A stretch of 61,443 bases of DNA, counting the filler, from Sphacelaria rigidula (taxonomy: Eukaryota), in assembly GCA_964200075.2 (NCBI GenBank). It is 9 parts of 9 records of this genome, joined end to end, with 100 filler letters (N's around TTAATTAATTAA, not from the genome) between each part and the next. Parts side by side here need not be neighbours in the genome. Positions count along the whole stretch, not along the records: positions 54,706 to 61,443 come from CAXNAA020018335.1; 8 more parts are not named here. One strand, given 5' to 3'. The translations under genes were made by a program, and so were the position numbers. Below the pieces are notes generated by a model. The model saw nothing but the letters and a program-made list of their open reading frames with translations. It ran no database searches and was not told where the DNA came from. Shown piece by piece: positions 61,372 to 61,443 of this stretch (its first letter is position 1; the number at the start of each line of letters is the position of its first letter).

Positions 61372-61443
61372 GAGTCATCCTACGATAAGGGGGGGGGGGG
61401 TATTTTGGGCCATTTGTAGCTCGAAATTTCGAGTAAGATATTT
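61372..61443. mobile_element. End of a Sola-like MITE, truncated by the window end
   Basis: GAGTCATCCTACGAT + G-run + TATTTTGGGCCATTTGT, the reverse complement of 42745-42795. Confidence 0.8.

Overview
The window is not one locus. It is nine unrelated, length-sorted contigs (1-6739, 6840-13577, 13678-20415, 20516-27253, 27354-34091, 34192-40929, 41030-47767, 47868-54605, 54706-61443; the first 6739 bp, the rest 6738 bp) joined by an artificial 100-nt spacer (44 N + TTAATTAATTAA + 44 N). The DNA is intron-rich, repeat-rich eukaryotic nuclear sequence. A brown alga (Phaeophyceae) is my inference from short exons in kb-scale GT-AG introns, the acceptor style and the repeat content. Genes spliced by hand: a complete 4-exon FAD-dependent (DAO/MnmC-like) oxidoreductase, three exons of a bestrophin-like (UPF0187) anion channel, two exons of a PPR protein, the last exon of a ferric reductase/NADPH oxidase-type protein, and two unknown genes. 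Most ORFs in the supplied track are spurious. The rest is transposon-derived: decayed RTE LINEs, tRNA-derived SINEs, a decayed Copia element, a probable hAT remnant and many MITEs. The most unusual items are (i) a 431-bp nested fold-back element with two ~85-bp terminal palindromes around a tRNA-like Pol III core (14236-14666) and (ii) a group of CACA...TGTG elements with 8-bp TSDs and a shared target pattern, including a pair stacked at one target site. No CRISPR array, rRNA or intact tRNA was found. All homology calls come from motif recognition by eye, not from database searches.
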